From: Spirochaetota bacterium | GTDB taxonomy: Bacteria; Spirochaetota; UBA4802; JAFGDQ01 | Length of the DNA: 37,919 nucleotides | Reading direction: 5' to 3' | Assembly: GCA_034190185.1 (NCBI GenBank) | Contig: JAXHTB010000002.1 | Span: 1 to 37,919 of the forward strand | In this document: positions 34,926 to 37,919 of the stretch, piece after piece | Layout of the letters: each line of letters opens with the position of its first letter | Numbering within the stretch: position 1 is the stretch's first letter | Notes under the pieces: generated by a model | The model's database searches: none | Told to the model about the DNA's origin: nothing | The model's input: only the letters and a program-made list of their open reading frames with translations | Translations under genes and position numbers: made by a program

Positions 34926-35100
34926 ATGTGTATAAATAAAATATAACTTAATAAAATATTTGTTGTTTTCAATAGTAATTTAACAATAAAGATTATTTGA
35001 TAAAAATTTTCAAAAATGCTAATTATTTTAAAATTTTACTTGACCTATAACAGGCAGTTTATATTATCGGTCAAATTAGTAAGAATTGAGCAGGAGTTTT

Positions 35101-35361
35101 ATGAAGAGATTAGCAAATAATAGCATTATTCAGGTTTTACTCTTTCTTATCGCTGTTCATGTTTCGGATCTATATTCACATACTTCAAAAGAAATCAGTT
35201 TGAAAAATCAAAAAGATGAAATAACAATATATAGTCCAGGAACAGAACTTGAGAGCGATAAAAGTGTATTTGCCAGGTCTTACGATTGTACAGATAATGA
35301 TAATTCTAATTCTCAGTTAAAATTTAGAGCAATAGTTAGAAATGGTAATATATCCTTATAG
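35101..35361 (+). CDS. Small hypothetical secreted protein (start moved to the ATG at 35101)
   Basis: AGGAG lies 5 nt upstream of the ATG at 35101. It has a signal-peptide-like MKRLANNSIIQVLLFLIAVHVSDLYS. The 3' end overlaps the glnA stop convergently by 6 nt. Confidence 0.4.
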   Translation: MKRLANNSIIQVLLFLIAVHVSDLYSHTSKEISLKNQKDEITIYSPGTELESDKSVFARSYDCTDNDNSNSQLKFRAIVRNGNISL

Positions 35362-36684
35362 GATCGGCAGATATTTATCCAGTTCATATTGACTTACTTG
35401 AGTTCTGTAATCATCCCATTCAATTTTTTTATTAGCAATAAATTTTTCAAAGATATGATCACCAAGAGCCTCACGTACTAGAGAGCTTTTTTCTGTTTCT
35501 GCAATCGCTTCACCAAGATTTGCCGGAAGTGACGTGATACCTCGGTTTAAGCGGGTTTCTGGAGTCATTTCAAAGATATTTTCTTCAATAGGATCAGGCA
35601 GCTTGTATTTTTCCTCTATCCCCTTTAGTCCTGCAGCAAGCATAACAGAAAAGGCAAGATATGGATTGCAGGCTGGATCAGGGCAACGAAATTCTATCCT
35701 AGTCGCTATCTCTTTACCAGGTTTATATGTAGGCACCCGCACCAGGGTTGAACGATTTCTTTGCGCCCATGAAATATATACTGGAGCTTCATAACCAGGT
35801 ACAAGTCTCTTGTAGGAATTTACCCATTGTGCTACAATAAGACATATCTCGCGCGCATGTTTCAGTAACCCTGCAATATAAGCCTTCCCAATTTCAGATA
35901 GATGATATTTATCATTCTTATCAAAAAAAGCATTTTCTTCTCCTTTGAAAAGAGACTGATGAGTGTGCATTCCGCAGCCATTCTGGCCGAATAGAGGTTT
36001 TGGCATAAAGGTTGCATAAAGCCCATGTTTTAATGCTATCTCCTTGACAGTTAAACGATAGGTCATTGCAGCATCAGCCATTGAAAGACCATCCATATAT
36101 CTAAGATCAATCTCATGCTGGCTTGGGGCAATCTCATGATGGCTATACTCTACACCTATACCCATGCTCTCAAGTGAGAGTATTGTATCCCTTCTAAGAT
36201 CACTTGCTACATCAAGTGGAGTAAGGTCAAAATAACCCCCATCATCAATTGTTTCTGGATAACCTTTTGAGCTTTTAAAATAGAAAAACTCAAGTTCAGG
36301 ACCAACATAAAAAATATATCCATGATCAGCAGCTTTTTGCAGATTCCTTTTAAGAGCGAAGCGTGGATCGCCATAGTATGGGGTGCCATCCGGATTCATA
36401 ATATTACAAAATAATCTCGCTACATTTATATCATCCTTGTATCGCCAGGGAAGAATGGTAAAGGTATTTATATCTGGCATAGCGATCATATCGCTCTCAT
36501 GTATCCTTGCATACCCCTCAATAGATGAGCCATCAAAACCGATACCATCAATTAGAGCATCTTCTAATTCATCAGATGTAATAGCAAAACTCTTTAAGAA
36601 TCCTAAAACATCTGTAAACCACATACGTATAAATTTTACATTCTGATCTCTTGCTGTTTTAAGAATATATTCAGTATCGATCAT
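35356..36684 (-). CDS. glnA: Glutamine synthetase type I (GSI-alpha-like, no adenylylation motif seen)
   Basis: 442 aa with VKFIRMWFTDVLG, FDGSSIEGY, GPELEFF, HHEIAPSQHEIDL, KPLFGQNGCGMHTHQSL and NRSTLVRVP. The region corresponding to the adenylylation Tyr loop reads ENIFEMTPE. Confidence 0.95.
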   Translation of the reverse strand: MIDTEYILKTARDQNVKFIRMWFTDVLGFLKSFAITSDELEDALIDGIGFDGSSIEGYARIHESDMIAMPDINTFTILPWRYKDDINVARLFCNIMNPDGTPYYGDPRFALKRNLQKAADHGYIFYVGPELEFFYFKSSKGYPETIDDGGYFDLTPLDVASDLRRDTILSLESMGIGVEYSHHEIAPSQHEIDLRYMDGLSMADAAMTYRLTVKEIALKHGLYATFMPKPLFGQNGCGMHTHQSLFKGEENAFFDKNDKYHLSEIGKAYIAGLLKHAREICLIVAQWVNSYKRLVPGYEAPVYISWAQRNRSTLVRVPTYKPGKEIATRIEFRCPDPACNPYLAFSVMLAAGLKGIEEKYKLPDPIEENIFEMTPETRLNRGITSLPANLGEAIAETEKSSLVREALGDHIFEKFIANKKIEWDDYRTQVSQYELDKYLPIL

Positions 36685-36921
36685 ATTTCTTCTCTTTTAA
36701 TAAATTGTTTTCCCTCCTCAGTTTTAATACAGTTAGTAGAAGGGATTAAAAGATATACAAAAATATTTTTTTAAAAATATTATGGCGTACAGCTATTTAC
36801 TATTATATAATAACATTGAAAATATAAAGTTATACCTTGTCAAATCTTATTAAAAAAAACATTTACAATCAATTAGCCTAAAGTATGCTGTATCTCATCA
36901 TATAATTGAGAGAATATTTAT

Positions 36922-37188
36922 ATGGACGAAAATATAATAAAAATTGAGCTGCATGATGAACTTGACCTTCACGCCTTTCATCCTAAGGATGTTAAGGCTG
37001 TTCTTTCTGAATTTATTGTTATGGCTCAAGAAAAAGATATAAAAAGCGTGAGAATCGTTCATGGAAAAGGGAAATCTATAATTAAAAGTATTGTAATAAA
37101 TGAATTAAACAAGCATAAAAATATCTCTTCCTACAGAGATGAGCCAGGGAATTGGGGAGCAACAATAGCTTATATTAAGGAAGATTAA
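36922..37188 (+). CDS. Stand-alone Smr-domain protein
   Basis: ELDLHAFHPKDVKAVLSEFI...VRIVHGKGKSIIKSIV matches the Smr pattern (LDLHG...A...L..F......IIHGKG...L). The Gly after His is replaced by Ala. Confidence 0.75.
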   Translation: MDENIIKIELHDELDLHAFHPKDVKAVLSEFIVMAQEKDIKSVRIVHGKGKSIIKSIVINELNKHKNISSYRDEPGNWGATIAYIKED

Positions 37189-37603
37189 GCTATTAGGAAT
37201 TGCTTCTACTTAAAAAACTTTTGGTATCTCTTCTACTCAATAAATTATCCATAATTAAATATGACATAATCCCTAATTTAGCTAATTAAAAATACAGGAT
37301 TTAATTTCTGTGTTTAGAAATATTCATTCTAACAAATACTTACCATATTGTTTATTAGATGAAATTACTTTTAATTTTGTTGAAGCTAAAAAAACTTCAT
37401 TAAAGAGAAGTCAGATCATTGCGGTATACAGAAATTGGGATTATGGTATAGTTCAAATTACTATGTAAATCCTAAGGTATAATTAGTTCGATATTTTGAT
37501 GTAGAGGAGATTCTTATATCTTCACGAATTATACCACTGATTGTTGAACTTTGCTATAGATTTTGGTCACATTCACATCATATTGTAATTGAAGGTATGA
37601 GTT

Positions 37604-37646
37604 CTTATTCATCATCCAGATAAAATATATCCAAATGATGAATAAG
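37604..37646. repeat. Perfect 12-bp inverted repeat (CTTATTCATCAT - 19 nt - ATGATGAATAAG)
   Basis: Read directly from the sequence. It lies ~73 nt downstream of the stop of the minus-strand binding-protein gene. There is no flanking T-run, so a terminator role is uncertain. Confidence 0.4.
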
Positions 37647-37718
37647 CAAGGTGGATTTATCAGACCGTTAAACAGTAATTTATTATTTGAATTATTTATT
37701 AATTCAAATTAAATTTGT

Positions 37719-37919
37719 TTAAAAGTTATATTTTTTATTATCTGGTTTTCTCCATTTGGTTATAGGAACAAACAATTTTTTATTAGTATCTGCTTTATAA
37801 ATTCTGTAGCTCTCAATGGATTTATGGTCTTTGGCACTAAAATCAATTGTCCCGCAGATACCTTGTGTATCATGATTCTTCAAAGATTCAAGTGCATTAA
37901 GAAAAGATTTAGTTGTAAG
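37719..37919 (-). CDS. C-terminal 66 codons of a periplasmic solute-binding protein (branched-chain amino-acid/urea-type fold); the 5' part lies beyond the window end
   Basis: My reverse translation gives LTTKSFLNALESLKNHDTQGICGTIDFSAKDHKSIESYRIYKADTNKKLFVPITKWRKPDNKKYNF*. The pattern (G..G.I.F....H.......I.K......F.P...W) is typical of type-I binding-protein C-termini. The fragment is short. Confidence 0.45.
   Translation of the reverse strand, partial: LTTKSFLNALESLKNHDTQGICGTIDFSAKDHKSIESYRIYKADTNKKLFVPITKWRKPDNKKYNF

Noticed and set aside
36787-36800. GTA-N8-TAC (NtcA/CRP-like) palindrome about 100 nt upstream of glnA; also looked for a sigma54 GG-N10-GC promoter and the TnrA/GlnR box TGTNAN7TNACA
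   Set aside because: A 6-nt specification is expected by chance many times in 38 kb. No sigma54 or TnrA/GlnR-type match with correct spacing was found.

Overview
AT-rich bacterial chromosomal window of about 38 kb, probably from an anaerobic or environmental Gram-negative lineage (TonB-dependent receptor, porin, many MCP-type sensors). All calls come from reading the sequence and the ORF track by eye and recalling motifs. No database search or alignment program was run. The layout is as follows. (1) 1-7047, minus strand: a chemosensory block. It has a transmembrane MCP truncated by the window edge, a 1043-aa soluble MCP with three four-cysteine PAS modules and tandem HAMP-type repeats, a 100-aa stand-alone copy of part of that repeat, an MBL-fold hydrolase and an N-terminally minimal CheR-type methyltransferase. 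(2) 7344-8012: an orphan NarL/LuxR response regulator. (3) 8568-19158: the most interesting region, a phosphonate cluster. It holds a Fom1-like cytidylyltransferase-PEP mutase fusion, phosphonopyruvate decarboxylase and an Fe-alcohol dehydrogenase (predicted product 2-hydroxyethylphosphonate, probably CMP-activated). These sit among three paralogous fusions of a degenerate nucleotidyltransferase-like domain to a CDP-alcohol phosphotransferase, a two-HKD PLD-type protein and a Wzx/MOP flippase. I read this as a candidate HEP-phosphonolipid or phosphonoglycan system. (4) 19394-19942: a decayed nucleotidyltransferase-fold gene. (5) 20198-26527: a Fur-family regulator bracketed by inverted Fur-box-like operators, a small His/Cys-rich membrane protein, a TonB-dependent receptor, a TPR protein and an OprO/P-like porin with a third box. 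(6) A metallophosphoesterase and a DapF-like epimerase in which both catalytic cysteines are serine. (7) 29116-33617: a molybdo/tungstopterin oxidoreductase fused to a NifS-type cysteine desulfurase, next to an EgtD-type methyltransferase. This matches the architecture of the recently described metallopterin-dependent (anaerobic) ergothioneine synthase pathway. (8) A DUF1640-like coiled-coil protein, an 850-nt noncoding stretch, glnA (GSI-alpha type), a small Smr protein and the 3' end of a periplasmic binding protein. No rRNA, tRNA, CRISPR array, transposase or integrase was recognised. Two small REP/MITE-like repeat families are present in intergenic DNA.
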